NCBI GenBank assembly: GCA_963749835.1 | Contig: CAVVOD010000001.1 | Coordinates: 3,926,851 to 3,990,850 of the forward strand | Direction: 5' to 3' | DNA length: 64,000 nt | From: an uncultured Acidobacteriota bacterium | GTDB taxonomy: Bacteria > Acidobacteriota > Vicinamibacteria > Vicinamibacterales > 2-12-FULL-66-21 | Shown: piece after piece, positions 46,544-55,187 of the stretch | Position numbering within the stretch: position 1 is the stretch's first letter | How the letters are laid out: every line of letters begins with the position of its first letter | Notes under the pieces: generated by a model | The model's database searches: none | What the model was told of the DNA's origin: nothing | The model's input: the letters and a program-made list of their open reading frames with translations, nothing else | Translations under genes and position numbers: made by a program

Positions 46544-48265
46544 TCAAATCTTCCCCGCGTTGCGCTGTTCGGCGATGAACTCGGACGTCCTCATCGCAAG
46601 CGCGAGAATCGTCCACGTGCAGTTCTTGTCCGGCTGGGTCACGAACGGACCGCCGTCCGCGACGAACAGGTTCTTGACATCATGCGCCTGGCAGTTGCTG
46701 TTCAGCACCGAGGTGGACGGATCCTTCCCCATCCGCGTGACGCCGAGCTCGTGGATGATCCGCCCGCCCGGCTCGATGCCGTAACCCTGCGCGCGCGACG
46801 GCATCTCGCCGAACGCCGTTCCGCCCATCTGCTGAATGATGGCGCGGAAGGTCTCCTGCATGTGCTTCGCCTGATTGATCTCGTGGTCGCTCCACTTGAA
46901 GTGGAACCGCGGCACCGGGATGCCCCACTTGTCGACCACGCCGGGATCGATCTCCATGTAGCTGTCCTTGTTCGGGATCATTTCCCCGCGACCGGCGAAG
47001 CCCACCGTCGCTCCGTACAGACGGCGGTAGTCGTTCTTCAGCTGCTTGCCGTAGCCGCCGAACGCCATCGGACGGCCCGATCCCTCGACGCCGGTGAACT
47101 GATGAATCCCGCCGCCGAATCCCGCACTCGGCATGCGGCGTCCGCCGCCAATCTCGATGTGGTAGCCGCGCGGAAAATCGAGCTTCTTGTTGTCGAGCCA
47201 CCAGGGCATGAACAGGTGCATGCCGCCGGTCCCGTCCTCGTTGTGAGGAATGCCCTCCATCAGTTTCGGGATGAATCCGCGGACGCTGAGCCCGGTGGAA
47301 TCGGTCAGGTACTTCCCGACGACACCGCTGGAGTTGGCGAGCCCGTTCGGGAACTTCGCCGACGTGGAGTTCAGCAGGATGCGCGCGCTCTCGCAGGCGC
47401 TGGCCGCCAGGACGACAATCTTCGCGCGGATGCGATTGTCGCGTGACGTCTTCTTGTCGATGTAAATGGCGCCGTCAGCCAGCCCCGCCTGATCGACCGT
47501 CACTTCGCGGACCATCGCGTCCGTGATGATTGTCAGTTTCCCGGTGGCGACGGCAGGGGGCAGCAGCACCGACGGCGAGGAGAAGTTCGAATGCGTCCGG
47601 CACCCGCGCCCGCATTGGCCGCAGTAGTGGCAGGCGGGCCGGCCATTGAGCGGCTTGGTCAGGATCGACAGACGCGATGGGATGACCGGAATGTTGAGCT
47701 TTTCGGACGCTTCTTTGATCAGCAGCTCGTAGCAGCGTGGCTTCGGCGGCGGAAGGAAGATCCCGTTCGGTTCGTTCGGGAGGTTCTCCATCGAGCCGAA
47801 GATCCCGATCAGCCGATCGATTTTGTCGTAGTACGGCTTGACGTCGTCGTAGGTAATCGGCCAGTCGTCACCGAGGCCGTCCAGCGTCTTCCGCTGAAAA
47901 TCGTAGGGACCGAAACGCAGCGAAATCCGTCCCCAGTGGTTGGTGCGCCCGCCGATCATTCGCGACCGGAACCAGTCCCACCTGTCCCCGGGAGCGCTCG
48001 TATACGGTTCGCCCGCGAGCGTCCAGCCACCGAGTGCGGCGTCGAACTCGCCGAACTGCCGCTCGGGGATCGCATCGCCGCGCCGCGGCGTGTCGTACGA
48101 CCAGGCGAACATTTTCGAGTCCGCAACGGGGTCCCACATGGGACCGGCTTCGAGCATCACGACATTCGCGCCGGCCTCGGTCAGGACCTTGGCGGCCATC
48201 CCGCCGCCGGCGCCGGATCCGACGACGCACACGTCATAAACTCTGCGGTTCTGGAGTATCTGCAT
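46544..48265 (-). CDS. GMC family FAD-dependent oxidoreductase (large subunit)
   Basis: 573 aa. N-terminal FAD fold YDVCVVGSGAGGGMAAKVLTEAGANVVMLEAG. No signal peptide of its own. Confidence 0.85.
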   Translation of the reverse strand: MQILQNRRVYDVCVVGSGAGGGMAAKVLTEAGANVVMLEAGPMWDPVADSKMFAWSYDTPRRGDAIPERQFGEFDAALGGWTLAGEPYTSAPGDRWDWFRSRMIGGRTNHWGRISLRFGPYDFQRKTLDGLGDDWPITYDDVKPYYDKIDRLIGIFGSMENLPNEPNGIFLPPPKPRCYELLIKEASEKLNIPVIPSRLSILTKPLNGRPACHYCGQCGRGCRTHSNFSSPSVLLPPAVATGKLTIITDAMVREVTVDQAGLADGAIYIDKKTSRDNRIRAKIVVLAASACESARILLNSTSAKFPNGLANSSGVVGKYLTDSTGLSVRGFIPKLMEGIPHNEDGTGGMHLFMPWWLDNKKLDFPRGYHIEIGGGRRMPSAGFGGGIHQFTGVEGSGRPMAFGGYGKQLKNDYRRLYGATVGFAGRGEMIPNKDSYMEIDPGVVDKWGIPVPRFHFKWSDHEINQAKHMQETFRAIIQQMGGTAFGEMPSRAQGYGIEPGGRIIHELGVTRMGKDPSTSVLNSNCQAHDVKNLFVADGGPFVTQPDKNCTWTILALAMRTSEFIAEQRNAGKI

Positions 48266-48372
48266 TGGCCTGCCCGTCCGCGATTGTAGCCGAAAAGTGG
48301 ACGCTCAACGGTTCCCACGGGCGCGGATCCCCATGCGTTCGCCGTGCCGCGCCTGATACTCGATCATGTCGT

Positions 48373-48409
48373 ATCAACAACTTAGCGTAAAGGTGAGTGT
48401 CCCCATTTT
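48373..48409. mobile_element. MITE family B, solo arm (reverse orientation)
   Basis: ATCAACAACTTAGCGTAAAGGTGAGTGTCCCCATTTT is a near-exact reverse complement of the left arm of the 6403-6550 copy. Confidence 0.6.
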
Positions 48410-48499
48410 CGGGGCGCGACTTGAACTGGACGAGCTGAACGTATTAGCATCGCGCCCACGCCCGCCGTTCGCGTTGGCGCATGCAGGCTCAGTCAGAGC

Positions 48500-49468
48500 A
48501 TGAGGATTATCAAGATGAACACGCGTCAATTCGTCGTGCGCGCGGCCTTCGCCGCCGCGTTCGCGATGGTGGCCATCACCGCGGCCACGGCTCAGAGCAA
48601 CCCGTACCTGGGCCGCTGGAACATCACGGGCGCCACCGAGAACGTCGGCGTGTACTGGCTCGAGGTCAAGGAGGAAGGCGGCCAGATGAGCGGCATGTTC
48701 CTCAACCGCGGCGGCAGCCCCGTCAAGCTGCCGACGATCAAAATCGAGAACGGTGACCTGGTGTGGCAGCCGGCTCCTCCGGCCCAGGGAACAGCGCCGG
48801 AATTCCGCGCAAAGATCCAGGGCGACAAGCTCACCGGCACGGTCAAGATGGCCAAGGGGACGATCAATCTCCTCGGCACGCGGCCGCCGAAGTGGGGTCC
48901 CGCCGATGCGAATGCGACACACAAGCTCGGCACCCCCATCGAGCTCTTCGACGGCAAGGCGATGGACACCTGGGACGTGCAGGACAAGGCCAAGCCGATG
49001 GGATGGTCGGTCGTCGACGGCGCGATGACGAACACGCCCCATGCGAACAATCTGATCTCGAAGCAGAAGTTCCAGGACTACAAGATCCACGCGGAGTACA
49101 AAGTTGAAAAGGGCAGCAACAGCGGCATCTACATCCGCGGCCGGTACGAGCTGCAGGTGCTGGACGACTTCGGCAAGGCGCCTGACGAACACAGCCACAT
49201 GGCGGTGTACGCGTGGCATGCGCCCGCCGTCAATGCCAGCAAGCCGGTCGGCGAATGGCAGACGATGGATGCCACGATCGTGGGCAACAAGGTCACCGTC
49301 GTCCTGAACGGCAAGAAGGTGCAGGACAACACGACGCTCGAGGCCGTCACCGGCGGTGCCCTCGACGCGAACGAGACCCAGCCCGGTCCGGTCATGATCC
49401 AGGGGGATCACGAGAAGATCACGTATCGGAAAGTGACCGTCACGCCGATCACGGATACGAAACAGTAG
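48500..49468 (+). CDS. DUF1080 (3-keto-disaccharide hydrolase-like) domain protein, secreted
   Basis: 322 aa. Signal peptide. C-terminal block SNSGIYIRGRYELQVLD...GPVMIQGDHEKITYRKVTV typical of DUF1080. Confidence 0.8.
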   Translation: MRIIKMNTRQFVVRAAFAAAFAMVAITAATAQSNPYLGRWNITGATENVGVYWLEVKEEGGQMSGMFLNRGGSPVKLPTIKIENGDLVWQPAPPAQGTAPEFRAKIQGDKLTGTVKMAKGTINLLGTRPPKWGPADANATHKLGTPIELFDGKAMDTWDVQDKAKPMGWSVVDGAMTNTPHANNLISKQKFQDYKIHAEYKVEKGSNSGIYIRGRYELQVLDDFGKAPDEHSHMAVYAWHAPAVNASKPVGEWQTMDATIVGNKVTVVLNGKKVQDNTTLEAVTGGALDANETQPGPVMIQGDHEKITYRKVTVTPITDTKQ

Positions 49469-49504
49469 TCTCGGGGGCCGGGAGATCGCGCTGACGCGCG
49501 GTCT

Positions 49505-49797
49505 CCCGAATCCTAGCTCCCAGCTTCCAGCTTCCAGCTTCCGGCTTCCAGCTTCCAGCTTCCAGGCTTCCGGCTTCCGGCTTCCGGCTTCCGGCTTCCG
49601 GCTTCCGGCTTCCGGCTTCCGGCTTCGTCTTCTTCCGGCTTCCGGCTTCCGGCTTCCGGCTAAAGCCGGAAGCTACGGTGTCCGAGTCGGCGCGCCCGAA
49701 TCCCCCGCCTACGCCGCGAAGCGGCTACGGCGGGGCCTCGCCGTAGCTCGCACTGATTGCCCTGCGAGCGGAGGCGGGCCGAGTCCCGATCCCCGAT
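49505..49797. repeat. [AG]GCTTCC heptamer array (~20 units) + REP-like hairpin + GC hairpin
   Basis: agcttcc/ggcttcc units (49519-49652). Hairpin CTTCCGGC-TAAA-GCCGGAAG (49653-49672) followed by CTACG. Imperfect GC hairpin CCCCGCCTACGCCGC-GAA-GCGGCTACGGCGGGG (~49703-49735). Lies between convergent genes. Confidence 0.85.
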
Positions 49798-50978
49798 TAC
49801 GGTTTCGACAGCTCGGGATTCGTCAGAAACTCCGTGTCGGTCAGGCTGTTCAGGAACGCGACGAGATCCCGGGTCTCTTCCGCCGATACCTTGAAGCTCC
49901 GGAGGCGCGGGCTCTTGACCGGGCTGGCCACGCCGCCGGAGGCGTAGTGTGCGATCGCGGCGTCGAGCGTCGGCACTCTGCCGTCGTGCATGTAGGGCGC
50001 GGTGACGGCGATGTTGCGCAGCGTCGGCGCGCGGAATCGCCCCATGTCCGCCGGCCGGTGCGTCACGTCGAAGAGGCCACGATCGATCGCGGGATAGGCC
50101 CCGCGGCCGTCGAGGTTGTACAACCCGGTGTTATGGAACGTCGGCCTGGCCGCGACGGGTTCCGGGCGGCCGGTCCGCACGACGCCCCCTTCGTCCGCTG
50201 CATGGTCTGTCGGGCCGGACAGGTTGAATCCGCTGTGGCACTGTGCGCAGCGGAGGCGATCTGAAAAGAACAGCCGCATGCCCCTGATGGCTTCGGGCGC
50301 CAGCGCATCGCGCTCGTCCCGATACAGGTACCGATCGAAAGGCGATCCTGCCGACATCAACGTCCGCTCGAACGACGCAATGGCCCTGACGATCGTCTCG
50401 AGCGAGATGGAACCGGCCACGTCAGGAAAGCTTTCCCGGAACGATGCGACGATGGCGGGATCCGCCGCGAATCGCGCGACGACCGCAGCCTCATTGCCCT
50501 TCAGCCCCATCTCGATTGGATGCTCGTTCAACATCGGAACGGCCATCTGGGCTTCGAGCGTCCGCACGCCGCCGTCCGCCCACCCGTACGACGCGTTGTA
50601 CGCCACGTTGGTGAGGGTCATGGCGCTTCGCGGATGCGCCTGTCCGGTGGCCCCCAGCGCGCGGGCCCTGCCATCCGTGAATGCGCGCGCCTGCTGGTGG
50701 CACGAGGCACAGGCAAACGTGCCGTTGCCCGACAGCCGCGTGTCGTAGAACAGCCCGCGGCCGAGGCGCACTTTCGCCTCGGTCATCGGATTGTCGGCAG
50801 GAACCCTGGGACGCGGAAGGCCCCGGGGCAAACGCCACGTGAACGTCGTGTTCGGCGCGGCCGGCGTCGCGATCGACGCGCTCGGGGGGGAAGAGGCAGA
50901 AGGCGTGGGGGCCGCGCGTGAGCACGCGACCCCCAAGAAGACGAGTGCGGCGAGAAACCAGAGCCGCCGAAGGGGCAC
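49797..50978 (-). CDS. di-haem cytochrome c peroxidase / MauG-like protein
   Basis: Two CxxCH motifs (CASCHQQ, CAQCHSG). The start is uncertain. GTG at 50978 (VPLRRLWFLAALVFLGVAC) avoids overlap with the upstream gene; the ORF is open to 51104. Confidence 0.8.
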   Translation of the reverse strand: MPLRRLWFLAALVFLGVACSRAAPTPSASSPPSASIATPAAPNTTFTWRLPRGLPRPRVPADNPMTEAKVRLGRGLFYDTRLSGNGTFACASCHQQARAFTDGRARALGATGQAHPRSAMTLTNVAYNASYGWADGGVRTLEAQMAVPMLNEHPIEMGLKGNEAAVVARFAADPAIVASFRESFPDVAGSISLETIVRAIASFERTLMSAGSPFDRYLYRDERDALAPEAIRGMRLFFSDRLRCAQCHSGFNLSGPTDHAADEGGVVRTGRPEPVAARPTFHNTGLYNLDGRGAYPAIDRGLFDVTHRPADMGRFRAPTLRNIAVTAPYMHDGRVPTLDAAIAHYASGGVASPVKSPRLRSFKVSAEETRDLVAFLNSLTDTEFLTNPELSKP

Positions 50979-50997
50979 TACGAACCAGCCGTCGGTC

Positions 50998-51687
50998 TTA
51001 CCACGTGTGCCCGCCGTTGAGGGCCATGAGCTGCGTCTGCTTCGCCATCGCGTCGCGCTCGACGACCCACTTCTCGAATCCGTCGATGACCGCGGCGTCC
51101 ACACCCGCGGGATCGGCCCGGCGCGCGGCGATCCAGTGCTTCATCGCCACCATCAGCGCATCCGCCTGCTTGCGGTCGGCGGCGAAGAGGTCCAGGTACG
51201 CCTTCCGTGCATCATCGACGCGGTTCAGCGAGAGGTAGGCTTCAGCGCGATACTCCACGGCCTCGGCGTAGAAGCCAGGCGCCATCTTGATCGCCTGCTC
51301 GTACATCTCCAGCGCCTTGACAGAGTCGCCGGTCTTCCGGTAGCCGTACCCCATTCCGTTGTACGCCTGGAACAGCTGCGGATTGAGCTGCGCGGCCTTC
51401 TGGTAATCCTTCAGCGATTTCTCGAACTCGCTGCGCGCCTTCGCGGCGGTCTTGTCCGCGTCGGCTCCGGTCTTGCCCGCACTCTCCTGCTCGAGCTTCT
51501 TCGCCTTGTTCGCGTGCCCGAAACCGGCCTTGAACGCTTCGATGGCCAGGTCCTCCGGCGACCTGGAGGGCAACGCGGACGCACCGCCGGGTGACGCCGG
51601 CGCCGAGGAGCCATTGGCGGAAGCCGACCCCTGCCAGAGTCCTACTGCGGCGGCCAGTAGAACGGCGGCCTGAAACGTGCGTGACAT
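50998..51687 (-). CDS. TPR-repeat protein, secreted
   Basis: Start MSRTFQAAVLLAAAVG at 51687, preceded by GGAGAA. TPR-like helices (FQAYNGMGYGYRKTGDSVKALEMYEQAIKMAP). Confidence 0.7.
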   Translation of the reverse strand: MSRTFQAAVLLAAAVGLWQGSASANGSSAPASPGGASALPSRSPEDLAIEAFKAGFGHANKAKKLEQESAGKTGADADKTAAKARSEFEKSLKDYQKAAQLNPQLFQAYNGMGYGYRKTGDSVKALEMYEQAIKMAPGFYAEAVEYRAEAYLSLNRVDDARKAYLDLFAADRKQADALMVAMKHWIAARRADPAGVDAAVIDGFEKWVVERDAMAKQTQLMALNGGHTW

Positions 51688-51878
51688 ATTCAAGTTCTCC
51701 TTCGGATTCGGGCGGACGTCGCCGCCCACGGGCTACGCCCACCGCAAACTGTATGCCCGAGTATAGCGAGCCGGAAAGTGCTGCGTCCACGCCTATGAGC
51801 GGAGAACCCGGATCGCCCCGGTTACGCGGCCCGTTACAGCTTACGAAAGCCGTCAGGACCCGATCCTGCTCGGGACAT

Positions 51879-52036
51879 GGGACTCGGGATCCCGGGCTTC
51901 GGGATTCTTGCCACCTGTTTGGGGTATCCGATCGATGGGGTCCATTGTTTCGATCATCCCGAGTCCCGAGTCCCGAGTCCCAAGTCCCGAGTCCCGAATC
52001 CCGAGTCCCGAATCCCGAGTCGAGTCCCGATCCGAT
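51879..52036. repeat. heptamer arrays (G-rich arm 51879-51907; CCCGA[AG]T array 51957-52036)
   Basis: About 11 units cccgagt/cccgaat/cccaagt. Lies in the divergent intergenic region. Confidence 0.85.
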
Positions 52037-52078
52037 CGCTGTTCCGTGCTGGTTCGGCCGATTCATAATGGAAGCGCC

Positions 52079-52984
52079 ATGCCGCCGGCACGCCGACTGG
52101 ACGACGAAATCGATCGCCTCTACAAGCTCGCGCCCGACGAGTTCACGCCGGCGCGGAATGCGCTGGCCAAAACGGCAGGGGCTGATGCCCCGGCGATCAA
52201 GGCACTCAGCAAACCGCCCATCGCCGCGTGGGCAGTCAACCAGGTCCATTGGCAGCAGCCGGATATCTACGACGCCCTGATCGGCGCCTCACAGACGCTG
52301 CGACAGACCCACAAGACGGTCCTTGCCGGAAAGACCGCAGATGTCCGGGCTGCCGGGAAGGCGCACGAAACGGCGGTCGACGCCGCCCTGAAGGCCGCGC
52401 TTGGGCAGCTCACGTCGAACGGGCATCCGGCAACGGACGCCACGCGCCAGGCGATCGCGACTACGCTGCGAGCGCTGCCTGCCGATGAACCGCCGGGACG
52501 CCTCACCCGCACGCTGCAACCCGGCGGATTCGAGATGCTGGCGGGACTCTCGATTGGTGCAGAGGGTCATCGAGCCGACGCGCACAAAACGGTCAGCGCC
52601 GCCGCGGCGCCCTCGCGCATCGAGAAGCCCGAGCCGTCATCGGGCAAGGCTCGGCGGAAGACGCCGGAGGCCCCGGCAAAGCCGGTGGATCCGAAAGTGC
52701 TCGCGCGTGCGCGGGAGGCGGCCGCGAAGGCCGCCCGCGAATTGCGCGAGGCCGAGCACACCGCACGGCGCGAAGAGTTCGAGGCGGCACGGGCCGCGCG
52801 TGAAGCCGAGAAGGCCACACGGCAGCTCGAACAGGCTCGCGAAGCGCTCGCAGCGGCGGAACAGGATGTCGAAACCGCCGAAGCCGCCGCGGCTGATGCC
52901 GAGAAGACCCGGGCCGCCGCAGAGAAACGGGCGGAGGCCGCCGAACGTGCGCTCGATGCCGCGCGCAACCGGGCCAAGGAATAG
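52079..52984 (+). CDS. hypothetical protein with long C-terminal Ala/Glu/Arg coiled coil
   Basis: Start MPPARRLDDEIDRLYKLAPDEFTPARNALAK at 52079. The C-terminal ~95 aa are predicted coiled coil. Ends at a TAG immediately followed, in the same frame, by the next ATG. Confidence 0.6.
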   Translation: MPPARRLDDEIDRLYKLAPDEFTPARNALAKTAGADAPAIKALSKPPIAAWAVNQVHWQQPDIYDALIGASQTLRQTHKTVLAGKTADVRAAGKAHETAVDAALKAALGQLTSNGHPATDATRQAIATTLRALPADEPPGRLTRTLQPGGFEMLAGLSIGAEGHRADAHKTVSAAAAPSRIEKPEPSSGKARRKTPEAPAKPVDPKVLARAREAAAKAARELREAEHTARREEFEAARAAREAEKATRQLEQAREALAAAEQDVETAEAAAADAEKTRAAAEKRAEAAERALDAARNRAKE

Positions 52985-53752
52985 ATGGACGAACTTGTTG
53001 AAGTCGTGGAACACCTCCATCGGGACGACGACCTGAAGTCGCGCTTACTCTGGAACATGACGCACGAGTTCCGGACGCCTGTGAACTCGATTATCGGATT
53101 GTGCCACCTGCTGCGCGACAACAGGCATGGCGCCGGGTGCGCCCCGGAGCCGGAGATTGATTACATCCTCAAGGCGGCCACTCAGCTGTCCAACCTGGTC
53201 AACGATCTGCTCGATCTGGCGAAGGTCGAAGCGGGCAGGACCGTCCTCCGTCCGGCAACGTTCGAGGTGCAGAACCTGTTTGCCGCGCTCCGTGCCACGT
53301 TCAGGCCCCTGCTCTCGAACGACGCCGTCACCCTCACGTTCGAGGATGCGACCGCCCTGTCCCCCATTCACACGGACGAGGCCGGCGTCTCCCGGATTCT
53401 GGGAAACCTCATTTCGAACAGCCTGAAGTTCACCGAGCGCGGGGAAGTCCGCGTGTCCGCCTCCCTCGATCGAACGGCGGGCGTCGTCACGTTCCTCGTG
53501 GCGGACACGGGTATCGGCGTCGCGACGGACGATCGGGCCATCATTTTCGAGGAATTCGAACAGATCGAGCACCGCCTGCAGGGAGCCGTGCGGGGCACCG
53601 GCCTGGGCCTGCCGCTGTCGCGGCGTCTCGCGGAGCGGCTCGGCGGATCGGTCGATCTGGCGAGCGAGCCAGGCGTGGGCTCGGTCTTCTCCGTGACGCT
53701 GCCAGTCCCCTACCTCCCTCGAGCGCGGGAATGTCGTTCCCCTGGACGATGA
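52985..53752 (+). CDS. histidine kinase core (HisKA + HATPase_c) without sensor or TM region
   Basis: 255 aa. H-box THEFRTPVNSIIG about 25 aa from the start. N-box GNLISNSLKFT. G-boxes DTGIGV and GTGLGLPLS. Confidence 0.85.
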   Translation: MDELVEVVEHLHRDDDLKSRLLWNMTHEFRTPVNSIIGLCHLLRDNRHGAGCAPEPEIDYILKAATQLSNLVNDLLDLAKVEAGRTVLRPATFEVQNLFAALRATFRPLLSNDAVTLTFEDATALSPIHTDEAGVSRILGNLISNSLKFTERGEVRVSASLDRTAGVVTFLVADTGIGVATDDRAIIFEEFEQIEHRLQGAVRGTGLGLPLSRRLAERLGGSVDLASEPGVGSVFSVTLPVPYLPRARECRSPGR

Positions 53753-54089
53753 TGAAGAAAATGCCTTCGCGGTCGCACTCGAGTGACTCGGGTTGACAGT
53801 CGCCTGGATCCAGCAGGCATCGAGCAGGCGACACCCAGAAACGTGACCTCATTGCCGTCGTCGTAATCGGGCAGGAGCCGACGGACTGATACTCCACTGC
53901 CAACCTGCCCAAAAGCGGTACTGCGATCTGGACACGGATGTCTGATCAAACAGGCTGGCGTAGGGGGTCCGGCGCGGTTTCTCGGTGGAATTAACGATTC
54001 TGGGTGTATTTTACTGTAGAGGTCGAGTTGGCGTGAAGTTGGCTTGTGTTGACGCCTGCGGCACACACCTTGGTGAAGCTCAGCGTCTA

Positions 54090-55079
54090 ATGGATATGGG
54101 TCAGCTCTTCCCCGGCGGCGACCGAAAGCCTCAAACCGAGGCTGAGGCCCCCCGTACGACCGCCGATCTCCGGGAGTGGGTCCGGGAATGCCTGCATCTC
54201 GACGAGCACCAGGAAGCGCAGCTCTTCAAGGCCATCGAAGCCGTCGTGGCAGGTCAGCGCCAGCTGGTCGAGGAGTCGAAGCACGAGGCCATTCGCGCGA
54301 TGTCAGAAGGATTCGCCGAGAAGATGGCGCGGCTCCAGCGGCAGCTCACCGAAAAGGACGTCACGGTCAGCAACATCGCCCGCTACTTCGAGGAAGTCGT
54401 CGCGGGACTCACCGAGAAGTCGCATCGCGATCCCAAGACGAAGCTGCTCAACTTCGACTGGTTCATGGAGCGGGTGGAGTCGTTCCTGGCCGTGGAACAG
54501 CGCGTCCGCTGGTGCGGCGTCGGCGTCGTCGACATCAACAGCTTCAAGTCCTACAACGACACGCTCGGCCACGCTGTGGGGGACAAGATCATCGAGCGCG
54601 TCGCGAGAATTCTCTCCGATCAGATTCGGTCCGAGGACTTTCTCGCCCTCGAGCGGAGCGGCGATTCCCGCGACCTTCACGCGCGGTTCGGTGGTGACGA
54701 GTTCTGCTTCCTGATTCCCGATCTTCCGGGCTGCTCCGAGGCCGTGGACATCGCGGATCGCTTCAAGGAAGCCGTCGAGGGGCACGACTGGAGCCGCGAT
54801 GATCGCCGGCTTGCCACGCGGCCTGTACGAGTGGACGTCGGCGTGGTCTGTCTTCACCTGGGACCCGTGGCCGAGCGACGCGGCGTCGCGCGCAAGCTCG
54901 CGGCGGAGTTGATTCATCGGGCGGACCAGTTGATGTACAGCGCGAAGACGAGCAAAGCGGCCCACGTCTATCCCACCGCCGTGCGGGTCGAAGGCGGCGC
55001 GCTCCACGAACTGCCGGACGCCATCGCCAAATGCGCCGGCCGGCGCAAGACCGGCAAGCCCTCCACCGAACGCCTCTGA
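54090..55079 (+). CDS. GGDEF-domain diguanylate cyclase
   Basis: Start MDMGQLF at 54090 (ORF open from 53985). Helical N-terminal region. GGDEF core RFGGDEFCFLI. Confidence 0.8.
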   Translation: MDMGQLFPGGDRKPQTEAEAPRTTADLREWVRECLHLDEHQEAQLFKAIEAVVAGQRQLVEESKHEAIRAMSEGFAEKMARLQRQLTEKDVTVSNIARYFEEVVAGLTEKSHRDPKTKLLNFDWFMERVESFLAVEQRVRWCGVGVVDINSFKSYNDTLGHAVGDKIIERVARILSDQIRSEDFLALERSGDSRDLHARFGGDEFCFLIPDLPGCSEAVDIADRFKEAVEGHDWSRDDRRLATRPVRVDVGVVCLHLGPVAERRGVARKLAAELIHRADQLMYSAKTSKAAHVYPTAVRVEGGALHELPDAIAKCAGRRKTGKPSTERL

Positions 55080-55187
55080 TATTTGCCGCTCGTCTCCGTG
55101 GATGCTAAACTTGTCAGCTCTGCGTCATCTCGCGGCCCCGGCGTGGCCGGCGCGTGCCTCAGAGATCGCATCGGTCGGCCTTCGTGT

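Noticed and set aside
17283-48409. 31-kb segment bracketed by inward-facing MITE-B arms (17283-17329 and 48373-48409), i.e. a possible giant composite element or an island inserted into a MITE
   Set aside because: There is no transposase or integrase inside and no obvious compositional break at either end. The content is ordinary housekeeping and envelope genes. The 17283 arm retains additional internal MITE sequence, suggesting independent truncated copies. Only empty-site comparison could test this, so I regard it as coincidence until then.
49519-49676. Possible CRISPR array suggested by regular short repeats
   Set aside because: The period is only 7 nt and there are no unique spacers. No cas genes are in the window. 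The same applies to all other arrays listed.
52982-52984. TAG as a pyrrolysine or other recoded codon
   Set aside because: No pyl genes or recoding signals are visible. TAG is used as an ordinary stop for several confident genes in this window. A nonsense split or simple TAG-ATG coupling is a sufficient explanation.
53730-53950. Possible decayed receiver domain after the histidine kinase (alternative-frame peptide VVPLDDDEENAFAVALE resembles the start of a REC domain)
   Set aside because: The similarity is limited to about 15 residues. Downstream frames contain multiple stops and no recognisable DxxxD/T/K receiver landmarks. The evidence is too weak to call a pseudogene.
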